A DNA stretch of 64,000 nt, the filler included, from Piptocephalis cylindrospora (lineage: Eukaryota), in NCBI GenBank assembly GCA_003614145.1. It is 4 parts of 4 records of this genome, joined end to end, with 100 filler letters (N's around TTAATTAATTAA, not from the genome) between each part and the next. Parts side by side here need not be neighbours in the genome. Positions count along the whole stretch, not along the records: positions 1 to 17,204 come from KZ987860.1; 3 more parts are not named here. The stretch is one strand, 5' to 3'. Below the pieces are notes generated by a model. It made no database searches. It saw only the letters and a program-made list of their open reading frames with translations, and was not told where the DNA came from. Positions 1 through 10,061 of the stretch are shown here, in pieces. Every line of letters begins with the position of its first letter. Positions within the stretch are counted from its first letter, which is position 1. A program made the position numbers and the translations under genes.

Positions 1-1125
1 CCTTTTTCCTCACTACTCTAAATACTTTCGCAAATCCGTCCCTGGGATCCTTGTACCTCTAGCATACGCTTTTAAGTGAGCAGACGTAGGTTCAATCCCT
101 TATCTTGCGTCACTCCCATTTGTCTTGCCCTATCTTCTCAGCCTGGTAAGACTGAGAGCTATGATTCCAGTACCGTTCGGCATAGCGTATTGTATTATGT
201 GCTGTTTCCTACGTTGATACTACGACAATTTGCGTGATATAAAGCGTATGTCTAAAAAACATTTAGTGAGATAAATGCCCCTTTTTTTCTCTCTCATCTC
301 CCAGGCTTGGCGGAGGCTCAGTACCTTCATGGGGTCATCTACGTGATGTGCCAGTCGGCACATGATGTTACCATCCTGCAACACAACCCAATCCCGCAGA
401 AGGGGGACGATTGCTTTCTTATTGCCCCTTTACTTACGCCTCAGCAAGGCATGCTTCCCGTAGCCTAGCCGTCTAATCTTCTTCCTTTGGGCTGCGAAGA
501 TCTAGGCCCGACTCCGAGTGTGTTATCCCTCCCTTGCGCTAGATCAAGTTCAAGAACCCCAATGGCACCATTTCCATTTCTGACTACCATCTTCCTTGTG
601 GATTCCGTGGTCATCTACCCCGGGAGGGGGTGCGCTAATGATTTTCTGTAGTGCCCATCCAAAAAACTACAGTACAGGGCAGACGTCGGGAATATTGTTT
701 CTGGTACCATGTAGGCCGGCCGAGTGAGGCGGGCTGTGTTCGGATGCCTTTAGCGTCTACCCCACTGGGGAAAATAAAATAGTTTCAACATGGGCGATCA
801 ATTGGGTACGCTATAAGGAGCGAACTCAGTGGGATGGCTTAGGTATACGCCCATCCCACTTAAGGTGTGTAGAGTTTTGCTCACGTCAGGCCATCATGTG
901 TAGTGATTGGGCTAAATCTCTCTGATCCTCTTGCCCAGACATTCGGTATACATTATCCCTATTGGCTGAATGGGCTAGAATGTCAGCTGACTGCCGTCCT
1001 ACTGAGATGACGATGATGCGGAGTCATGCCAAGTCACCATTTGCCTATACCAAGTATGTGACCCCTTCCTCTCTCACACAGACCACACATCCTCACACAA
1101 TAACGGGGCAAGGCCATCGCCTTCT

Positions 1126-1135
1126 TATATAAAAA
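1126..1135 (+). promoter_or_regulatory. TATA box upstream of the 1234-2517 ORF
   Basis: TATATAAAAA about 100 bp upstream of the ATG, followed by a pyrimidine-rich leader. Confidence 0.5.
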
Positions 1136-1233
1136 GGCCGCACAGCAATAGCCCGTTCCTCCCACACGCCCCCCCTCTTTCTTATTCTCGTCAGCCCCCT
1201 TCTCCCTCTCGCCACACCTCTCCAAGCAACACT

Positions 1234-2517
1234 ATGGCCTTGGCTGCCTTGAAACAGGCGATCCTGAGTTTCTCCCGGCCGAGGATCCGCCCTTCGACCC
1301 AAACCTTTCCCATCCCCCCAGGTCCGCCATCAGGGGCCTCAAGAGGCCATCCACTCCCGGAAAGACTTCAACATCTTCGTAAATCCTCATACGCTTACCT
1401 CAATCGACTGGTCAATGAAGCTTTTTGGACCCCCACCCACATCTCCGCTCTCCGAGCCATCCCGCCTTCCCGACCCCTTCATCACCACCATACATCTTCC
1501 TTTGGGCTTCGCCTAGGTCTACTTCCTGCCTATGCCCGTACTGCTCCTAGCGGCTACGGAAGATATCCTGGATCACTTCACGCTATAAGGGCCCAGGCCA
1601 CTCGGGGCTTCCATGCTGCCCCGACTGTCCCTCCCCCTATGGCTGTTCGTGGATGGGCCGGAAATCCTCTGGCTGTTTTTGACCAGTTGGACTGGGAAAA
1701 ATGGCAAGATCATGGCGCCAAGTCTTCCCGTTCTCATTCAAGCTCCTTTCATGGAAAGGGAAGAGTGACAGTGGAGCATCGGATCCCTCCTCTTGGTAAC
1801 CATAAATCCTCTGCATCTAGCTGCCCTCTTTCCTTTGAGATATCCAGTACTTTTAGGACTGAGGACGAGTCTTCCTCCATGGCCGCTTCCGACTTTATGT
1901 CCTCGATCTCTGGTGAGATTGATGAAGAAGATCGGGCGATCGCTGTGGTAGTAGATATGCCTTCTACCAATCTTCCTGGTACCATGATAACCTCCCCCGA
2001 GGAATTACGTCTCTCTTTGGAGCGGCAACAGCGCCATGCCTCTGACCTAGCAATGATGCTAGATGCAGTTTCTACGACTGCACAGCAGGGCATATCCATT
2101 CAAATCATCCCTGGAGGACAGGGAATTCGCATCTCCTTTGACTCCCTCTTTTGGTCAGTTGATGCTGTTGAGTCATGGATGAGGATCCATAGTCCCCGAG
2201 ATGTCCATGTCCGTTTGATCCTCCCTCTTTCCCTTGTCAATTTGGATGATAAGCCGGCTCACCAATCTAAGGAGAAAATGGTGTCTTCTACTGAACCGAT
2301 TTCAAAGGTGCCTCCTCCTTCCTCTTCCTCCCACTCCCCCTCCTCTTCTTGGGACAAGATTACTGATTACGGCCAGACTCAGGAGCCAATCCCCCATCCC
2401 TTGGAAGTGCCCAGTGAGCCCGAAGAGGTTCAGCAATTTCGGCAGGAAAGGATCCAGACCTTCCTTGATTCACTCGTCCTCCACCAGCAAACTTACAATT
2501 CCTTGCCCCCAGAGTAG
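1234..2517 (+). CDS. Uncharacterised 427-aa protein with a basic, hydroxylated N-terminus (possible mitochondrial presequence)
   Basis: Long intronless ORF with TATA box and CT-rich leader; no family confidently recognised. Confidence 0.65.
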   Translation: MALAALKQAILSFSRPRIRPSTQTFPIPPGPPSGASRGHPLPERLQHLRKSSYAYLNRLVNEAFWTPTHISALRAIPPSRPLHHHHTSSFGLRLGLLPAYARTAPSGYGRYPGSLHAIRAQATRGFHAAPTVPPPMAVRGWAGNPLAVFDQLDWEKWQDHGAKSSRSHSSSFHGKGRVTVEHRIPPLGNHKSSASSCPLSFEISSTFRTEDESSSMAASDFMSSISGEIDEEDRAIAVVVDMPSTNLPGTMITSPEELRLSLERQQRHASDLAMMLDAVSTTAQQGISIQIIPGGQGIRISFDSLFWSVDAVESWMRIHSPRDVHVRLILPLSLVNLDDKPAHQSKEKMVSSTEPISKVPPPSSSSHSPSSSWDKITDYGQTQEPIPHPLEVPSEPEEVQQFRQERIQTFLDSLVLHQQTYNSLPPE

Positions 2518-2996
2518 CTTCCACTCTCTGAATGAAGAGGACCATACTCTTCTGCTCTTCTGGTCTTGCTGCATTACCGCGTGCGATGGAGAGAATGATA
2601 TACCTTAGGTTCCGATTTCAATTCAATTTATCCCAACTTTTCTCCACCCGAGCCTGATCGACCGTTTGAGAATTGGATGCATGTATTGAAAGTATAAAAA
2701 GCTATGCTAGTTAACTCACATCATTACGTCAAATGTCAAAGGAGTAGATGGTTGATGATAGTGATGCGCTATGGAAGGGACTAGAAGTGTCAGGGTCTTT
2801 GGAGAGAATTACGAACAAAGGCAAGGCTGAAACCCTACCACCCCACTAGCGGAGCGGGAAGCACACTGTCATCAGACTGCACTGCAGCTTCAGGTGCCTA
2901 CATAGTTGGGCGGAACTGTCCTCGTGTCACCCCCACATTCTCCAACATACCCTTCATCTTTCCTTCCTCACCCTTTCCCTTCCCAGTTCTCTCATT

Positions 2997-4466
2997 ATGG
3001 TTCTTGATTACAGTAGATTTGACAACCTGGAGCTTTCGGACGATGAGGACATTGAGGTCCATCCTAACATTGACAAGGCTTCGTGGGTCCGATTTAAGCA
3101 GCAGGAGATCCATGCCGAACGCGCCAAGCGTCGTGAGCGTATCGAGGAAATTGCCGCTGATCTCCAGCTTTCCGAGGTCCTTCAGCCCCGTCTCTTGGGT
3201 CTGACCAAGGGAAAGGATTGGGTGAAGCCCACTACTCTTGCCAAGACCCTGGAGAACCTCAAGACTCAAGGAGAAGCCGAGGGAGCTGAAAAGCAGGAGG
3301 GTGGGACCGTGTCCTACGACTCTATGCTCGCCAACCTCCTTGCCCAGATACAGACAGAGATGACCAAGGTCACCGATGACCCTTCTACCCTTGAGGACTC
3401 CTGGGTGGCGGATCGGATTTTGGCTGCGGCCAAAGCCATGGAGGAAAAGACAGAAAAGGAGAAGACGGAACGGGAGGAGCTCATCAAGGCCTCCAACGCC
3501 AAAATGACCTCGGAGAACATGTTTAAGGAAAAGTCCAGCCGCACCATTATTAACAAGCCCTCCTCAGAGGACAAGGACCAGGATACTGAGGAGGATTGGG
3601 GTGCCGAGGAGAACAAGGATAGGGGACCCAGCTCTGGTTCTGGCCCAGCCACCACCACCACCAAACAGACTTCTGTAGAAGTGTTGAATTCTCCAAGTAC
3701 CCAAAAGGTAGTTCACTGTTTGTTCTTTTGCTTTTCTTTACTTTCACGCACACTCACTCTATATCCCATACACATCTTGTAGGTCAACATTGATCCCTCG
3801 CAGCCCATCTCCGTCCAATTCTCCCACCTCACTCAGCTCGAAGAATCCTGGAAGATGCTCAAAAAGTATCCAGAGCTCTTCAAGGACGAGACTCCCTGGG
3901 AGGAGGTCATGGCCTTGGCCTTTGAGGCCAGTACGGAAAAGAATTATCCCAGGATGGAGAATTGCATCCGTCAAGGCAAGATCCTCGAATATGTCCGGGA
4001 ACTTGGGCCCAGTCGTTTGGACCTTTTCTTCCAACGCATGCTCGGGACCGGTGACATGGCCAGACGCACCTACTTTGACGACGTGGCTCGTACCATTGCC
4101 CATGTCCGGAAGCGAGGTGCGGTTCTCCGAGAGGAAAAGGTCGCCCAGGATGCTAAACGTGCCCAACTTGCCGAGGAAGACCAGGATGCTCCCTTGGAGA
4201 TGCAGGTCCCCGAAGATGCCACCGAAGAGGACATAAGACGTGCTGAGGCCTTTGATACCTTCCCTCCCCGTTTCCAGCGCGCCCTCCTCAGTGGGGATCT
4301 TGAGAAGGTCAACGAGGCTCTTTCCCACATTCCCCCCGAGGAGCAGCAAACCATTCTGGATCTGTGTGGCTCCGTGGGTTTTTTGGATATTGAGGGCACG
4401 GTCGATGAAGAGGATAAGGAAAAGGGCACGGAGCCCTCGAATGATCTTGCGGAAACCTTGGACTAG
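2997..4466 (+). CDS. CDC37: Hsp90 kinase co-chaperone Cdc37 (exons 2997-3707 and 3783-4466)
   Basis: Diagnostic N-terminus MVLDYSRFDNLELSDDEDIEVHPNIDKASWVRFKQ with the CK2-site Ser; GTAGTT...TAG intron joins the two ORFs in frame; C-terminal AFDTFPPRFQRALLSGDLEKVN. Confidence 0.95.
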
Positions 4467-4585
4467 TAGTGATGAAGAAGAAGGGGCAAGGGAAAGATAA
4501 TAATAAAGTGCATCTTCATTGGTGATCAACTGTATGCGATCTAGTATAAACGATACTTTACTATGGTCTTGGGCCTACTACTTGG

Positions 4586-5407
4586 CTATCCCTCTACCTC
4601 AGAGCCCACAGTGAAAAAGAGCTGAGAATTCTCCCAGGCAATGTTCATGGTCTCCTGCGTGCTCCAGCCTCGGATTTCAGCGACCTGCTCAACGACTCGA
4701 TGCATGGCATCGTCCACTCCATCCGTGGAGTGAAGATCCGACTCAAGGAGAAGGCGGTCACGCGGAACCATTTCGATCCATCGAGCAGCCTTGGGCGAAC
4801 GCAAACTCACGACACAGGAAATGCTCCAGTAAAGTCGGGGCCCGCAAGGGAGTTTCAAGAGGGCCCGAAGTGTCTCAGAGGATAGGGAGAAAGAGTGAAG
4901 CATGATTCGTGGGGGGAGTCGGGAAGGTCCACGATCCCGAAGCAAACGCATGAGCTCCTCGGATGCCCGAACACAATGAAGGGAGATGGGTCGGTCATAT
5001 TCCACGGCCAGATCCAGCTGGGTGTGGAGGAGGGCCAACTGAGGGGACATGGCATAGACCTGCCCCGTCTCCGGGTCCTTGGCCACCTTATCCATCCCAA
5101 TCTCTCCAACAATGGCCTTTGGATGGTCTTCCAAGTACGCTCGCAGCTCCTTTTCCCACCCCAGGCCCTCCTTCCCCTCGGACGCGGTTGAAAAGGCGTA
5201 CAAGTGGGCGTACCACGGGTGGATCCCAAAGGCTGAGCATACTCGGTCCGGATGAGCCTGGGCTTGACAGGCCACCACTGACCAATCCTCAGGACGTGTC
5301 CCCATCAGGGCTAGCCTTTGTGTTGTCAGGTCTTTCAAGGCACACAGCTTCTCTGGGGCATCATGAATATGGCAATGGACATCAAAGTACTTTTCAGTTA
5401 TTGACAT
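4586..5407 (-). CDS. TatD-family metal-dependent hydrolase/DNase
   Basis: DVHCH, GIHPW, VGEIGMD, ISLHCV, MLHSF and LLESD motifs of the TatD TIM barrel. Confidence 0.92.
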   Translation of the reverse strand: MSITEKYFDVHCHIHDAPEKLCALKDLTTQRLALMGTRPEDWSVVACQAQAHPDRVCSAFGIHPWYAHLYAFSTASEGKEGLGWEKELRAYLEDHPKAIVGEIGMDKVAKDPETGQVYAMSPQLALLHTQLDLAVEYDRPISLHCVRASEELMRLLRDRGPSRLPPRIMLHSFSLSSETLRALLKLPCGPRLYWSISCVVSLRSPKAARWIEMVPRDRLLLESDLHSTDGVDDAMHRVVEQVAEIRGWSTQETMNIAWENSQLFFTVGSEVEG

Positions 5408-5516
5408 GATGGCTTTGAGCGGAGAAGAAAGATGTGTGGATCAAGTGAATTGGACGGACGAGCTGTACTCAACTCTTCTTCCCGCCTTCCTTACCTTCAC
5501 ATCTCTCCTCACCAAC

Positions 5517-6032
5517 ATGACTCAGCCAAGGCCCCTGAGCCAAAGACCCTGGGATACCCTGCATGCAGCTTTTATCCTTTTCCACATTCCCCCGGTTATT
5601 CTAGTGGACTGCCAGGCCATCCTTCCAGCCTGGGTGTTCCCACAGTTTGCCCGGGACATCCTAGCCTTCTACCTTCGCACCTTCCGGGACCCAAGCATGA
5701 CCCCACCGGTCCGGCCATGGATGGCAAGTTTTGTCGCGGCTGAATTGGTCCTTCAGCTCCCTTTTTTTGTCTGGGGTCTTAGGGCATTATGGAGGGACGA
5801 TGCCCGGTTTCGCCCTGTGAGTATCGCGTACGGTGCTCACGCCGCTACCACCGTCTGGGCCATTCTTTGGGAGCTGGGATCCCATCTCCTCCTGCCCACC
5901 CCAATATCTCCTTCCTCCACTCAAATCGTCTCCCTTCTCCTTCTCCACATTCCCTTTTTCCTTATCCCAGCTACCATGGTGGTCCGGGGCATTTCCTTGT
6001 TGAATGGGTTAAGGAAGGAAAAGTCCGAGTAG
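5517..6032 (+). CDS. EXPERA-domain membrane protein (TMEM97/sigma-2 receptor-like)
   Basis: Four hydrophobic helices, HIPPVILVDCQA, FRDP, AELVLQLPFF, YGAHAATT and a C-terminal KEKSE dilysine-like ER signal; likely start ATG 5517. Confidence 0.85.
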   Translation: MTQPRPLSQRPWDTLHAAFILFHIPPVILVDCQAILPAWVFPQFARDILAFYLRTFRDPSMTPPVRPWMASFVAAELVLQLPFFVWGLRALWRDDARFRPVSIAYGAHAATTVWAILWELGSHLLLPTPISPSSTQIVSLLLLHIPFFLIPATMVVRGISLLNGLRKEKSE

Positions 6033-7495
6033 ATTATCTCTTGGATGAGGAAGGGAATGAGCAGAGGGCATAATGGCTTAATATTATTGTCAATTGAAGG
6101 AATTGGAGAGGAGTAATCAACTAGAATGAGCTTTTTCTATCGCATAGTCATACCGGAGCTACCTTTCGCTTATGGTATGAAGACACGACATGCAAGATAG
6201 TATGCAGCGATCGATCAAGTGTTCAATCGACCTCGTCCTAAAGTCACTCTGGTGATCGGTAATGCAATGGTTGATCACTACAGTGTATCGCAAAAATAAG
6301 CCGATATTTATACGACCATGGACCCTTTTCTTCATCACTCTTCTTCTGGGAAACCATTGTTGGGGTTTAACTATTTATTACGTTTGGTATGTCAGTACCA
6401 AACCACGGGATGACCACTGGAACCAAACCACAAGAAGAAACGAGAGGGGACAAAAAGGAAGAGGGAAAGAAGAAGGATGAAAAGACGGGATGGTCCCAGC
6501 ATGCTTCATCTTCCTGCTCTTTCCTATCTCCCGTGCTCGTTCTTTTAGAATCCTCCTTACCCACCTATACACGCCCACGCCCACACACACACCCCCTCTC
6601 CCATCCTCTATATGAGGTATGAGAAGGTCATCTCATCAGGATGACCTTTCCATCCCTACATCTGTGACGTTTTGATCTACTTTATGGAGAATATAATTGC
6701 TTTTAGGCCAATTAGGTTAAAATTTAAAATATATCCTTGGTACATTTGACCTCAATTCCAGACTCTAGATACCCATAGCACGAGGTACCAAAGGTGATTA
6801 CATCCAGCTCATACCCAGCGAGGCATGCCATGAGCCTTGCAAGGTCGCAACCGCCTAGTATCGTTCCAAGATTCGTTCATCATAGTAAGGGTCTCATAGC
6901 TGGCTCTACGGAAAGCCTGGCACATGCGCGGCTTTACCGTTGTCTCCTTGTAAGAGCACGCCCGCTCACATCTTACAGTCCTCTTTGCCCTCCATAGCAC
7001 CTCGTTGAACCGCCACTGCGTTGATATTCCAGTCTATGCATTATTGAGGTTTCATTCCTTTCATGCAATAACCGTTTTCAACCACTTTAGTACGCATCAC
7101 CGTGTCATTACTTCTGGTGCTTCAACATCAATCAAACTATGCTTAGCATTTCTAAAGTCTCTCATTATAAAATTACTCTCGGTAATCCTGGCTCAGCCTA
7201 GGTTAAAGTCGTCTTGTTTTGGTACTTGTTCTGGTTGAGGTCAGGTTCATCAGCCAATGTCTCTCCCCCCAAATCCCCTTACTGCTCCGACACCCCTAGA
7301 TCTGAGTTCATGAGGTGGTGAATGAGTGGGAACAGACTCATCTCTCACTTAAACCCACCATACCATCCCACCCCGCCCTCTTCTGTCTTCTTCCCAGATT
7401 CCTCCTGTCATCCTACATTCTCATCCGCCTCCCTCGCCACCCTCTCCCGCTTCTCCTCTCCCTTTTCTTCCCCTCCCCTGTCTCTCCCTACCACC

Positions 7496-8464
7496 ATGTC
7501 CGACTTTCCTGACTTTTCCTCCAACTCCCCAAAGGACACTCGGAGCCTCGCGGACGATCCCGAAGCCGATTTCCTTGCTCGGGAGCGAGCTGCTTTGGGT
7601 ACGGATGCAGATTTTATCACAGGTCAGGATACAGCCCTTCCTGCCTCTGGTAGCGGGTCATCCCCTGTAGGTGACGACTTTTCAGGCTTTGAGGCCGCTG
7701 CCACTTCCCCCCGCGGAGATGGTGATGAGGATGTGGCCAAATTTGAGCATGAATTTCCCGATGTAGATGTGGCTGCTCCGGTAAGAAGGAGGCGCGAAGG
7801 CAGTACCTTCATCGGCGGGGCCTTAACCTTTTGTTTGCTCCATCTCACATCCCCGTAACTAGTCAACCGTCTCGGCCTACAGTGGAAGTATTGCCGATAA
7901 CCCTGGGGCTGGGGCTGAAACCGTAGAGAAGTTTGGGTCTGCGCCCACTGAATCCCCATTCATCAGGTAGGCTGATTGCGTATGTGGGCTTACACCTCTT
8001 GTCCATTAGTTCATCCATTCTAATAACCACCCTTCTTAATAATAACAATAATAATGACAATGCTATTATTGCTACTATCTCCCATCCCCTTCATCAGAGA
8101 ATGGAGGGAGAAGCAGGCTTCGGTAATCGCCGAGAGGGAGGCCAAGGCGGCCGAGGCCAAGGCCCACACGCAAGAATCAGCTAGGAAGGCTCTGGATCGC
8201 TTCTACGAAGATTACAATGCGAAGAAGGCCAAGAACATTGAGAGAAACCGGGAACGTCAGGAGGAAGAGGGGCACGAGTATGAGTCGGGAAACCTCTGGG
8301 AGCGCGTCTGCCAGCTTTCTGGGATTGGCGAACGTGGCGAGTCCAAGGTTGAGTCTGGTTCGGTTCGTCCAGCCCAAGGAGTGCGCGATAAGGCGAGAAT
8401 GCGTCAGGTTCTTCTGGATCTTCGTCGGGATCCCCGTGCTCCTGGTCTTGTCAAGAGCGAGTGA
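7496..8464 (+). CDS. CLC1: Clathrin light chain (introns about 7781-7862 and 7967-8097)
   Basis: DPEADFLARERAALG, FEHEFPD, ESPFIREWREKQ, NLWERVCQL and DKARMRQVLLDLRRDPRAPG. Confidence 0.93.
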
Positions 8465-8711
8465 ACGAGGAACAAAGAAGATATGAAATGAGGTACGGAT
8501 GAAGAAGTGTGTTTTTTGGTATTGCCTTGGAAAATACATTGAAAAGGGTTGAACGATATCAAAAAAGGGAAAAAAGTGCCTAGCTTTTGTCGCTGAGATA
8601 GAGCCTGGAGGCAGACACAGAGTACCTGACGACGAAAAGTACCCATGGTTCACTAAAATATATGGCGAACAGGTAGGAATGTCGTCAGATCGAGAAGAGC
8701 CCAGGATCCTC

Positions 8712-9683
8712 TCAAGGTTGAATAGGAGAGATGGCTTGTCGTTTCCTATCTTGGGCCAAGCGTCGGATAATCCCTTGATGAACCCTTCGTCTTTCCTGCC
8801 CATTCATCTCCTCATAAGCTCTCTTCTCCCCGGATTCTCGGAGAGTTTTACCACTCTCGTTAGTATCTTGTTCTTCTACATTGGCATCATTGGGACTTGG
8901 GGTAAAGAGGTTTACAGTGGGATTGACAGGTAGGCCCATCTGCTGAAGCTGATCGTGCGCCACATCAAGCGCCCTCGCCAGGTGGCCTTGGGCTCCCGGA
9001 ATGGTCTGAAATATGGAGCGCAGAATGAATAGACGTAAGATGAATGGAGTGTCGCATGTTTTCCCCATAGCCTAGTATACCTTTTTCAGTCGATTGACCG
9101 CCTGAAGAGTCTCCTGATACTCGTGAAGAAGGGATGGGTCCACTGGCCTGGGAGAGGGATCGGCGGTGGGGGTGGCCGCCCGAGGAGGTCTTGAAGAAAT
9201 TTGCTTCATCACACGATCCGTCTCTTTGGCCAAAGTTTTCTCCGTTAGATGGGATACTTTCCTCGGAACGCTCTTGCGCAGAGCGCACACCTGAAGCAGT
9301 AAAGCATCCACCTTGGCCTGCAATTCTGTAACTTGTACCTTGAGTTCTCCATCAAATGGTTCCACCTCCTCCTCAAGGAAGGCTTGTTGATAGGGCCGAC
9401 CATTGATGTCAATGCTGCTTCCTGCCAGGGAGAATGTGTCCGATAACCACTGATTCCGTTAGGAAATATGTGAGTATGGGAAAGGGATGTTCAATCCCTC
9501 CATCCCCTCTTTCCCTACCTTCTCCACCAACTGTCGCACTTGCTCTCTTTTGGCGCTATTTGACAGTGATTTGGCCTGGGGAGAGGACCAAAGGGAGGTC
9601 TCCAAGGCTTGCATCAGCTCCCGACGAAGATAGTGGATATCGGCCTTGGAATCCACCTGGACACGTGGTAAATCTTCCGACAT
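8712..9683 (-). CDS. NSL1: Kinetochore MIND/Mis12 complex subunit Nsl1/Mis14-like (exons 9683-9519, 9449-9081, 9005-8712)
   Basis: Spliced protein MSEDLPRVQVDSKADIHYL...TFSLAGSSIDING...EPFDGELKVQVTELQAKVDALLLQVCALRKSVP resembles the Mis14 family; canonical GT-AG introns keep the frame. Confidence 0.75.
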
Positions 9684-10061
9684 GGGTGCTTTGGTAGAGA
9701 GGATGCGTAGAACAGATGGAGCAACTAGAGTGAAAGGCAATGAAAGATCGTGGATGGGGAAGGAGGACGAAAGATGGAGGATGGTTTAAGGTTTCCATTG
9801 TTGACATGTCCGCCCACGGCTGGTGTTAGTGTTAAATTACCCAATTTCGCCCAATTTTGGCTCCATTAACTCATTCGCTCAAACTCCGTGCGGCTCATTT
9901 CCTTTGAATCTTACCCCCAGTGCAGATCTAGTGCTAAGCACGAGTGAGCTTTTCCCTGGGCCTGGTGAACGGCGACAGGCTATGAGATGAAGGACGACGT
10001 GTATCTCTCCTGGTCCTTTCGATCTTGAACCCTTTCGTTTTCCTCCACATTCTCCTCGGCC

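Noticed and set aside
84..105. GTAGGTTCAATCCC as a tRNA T-arm
   Set aside because: T-stem pairs for only 3 bp; no acceptor, D or anticodon arms
200..640. Possible terminal exons of an upstream gene (GTATGT 246 ... CAG 304 intron, then about 55 open codons)
   Set aside because: Plausible, but no family recognised and the following splice pattern is ambiguous; not called as a CDS
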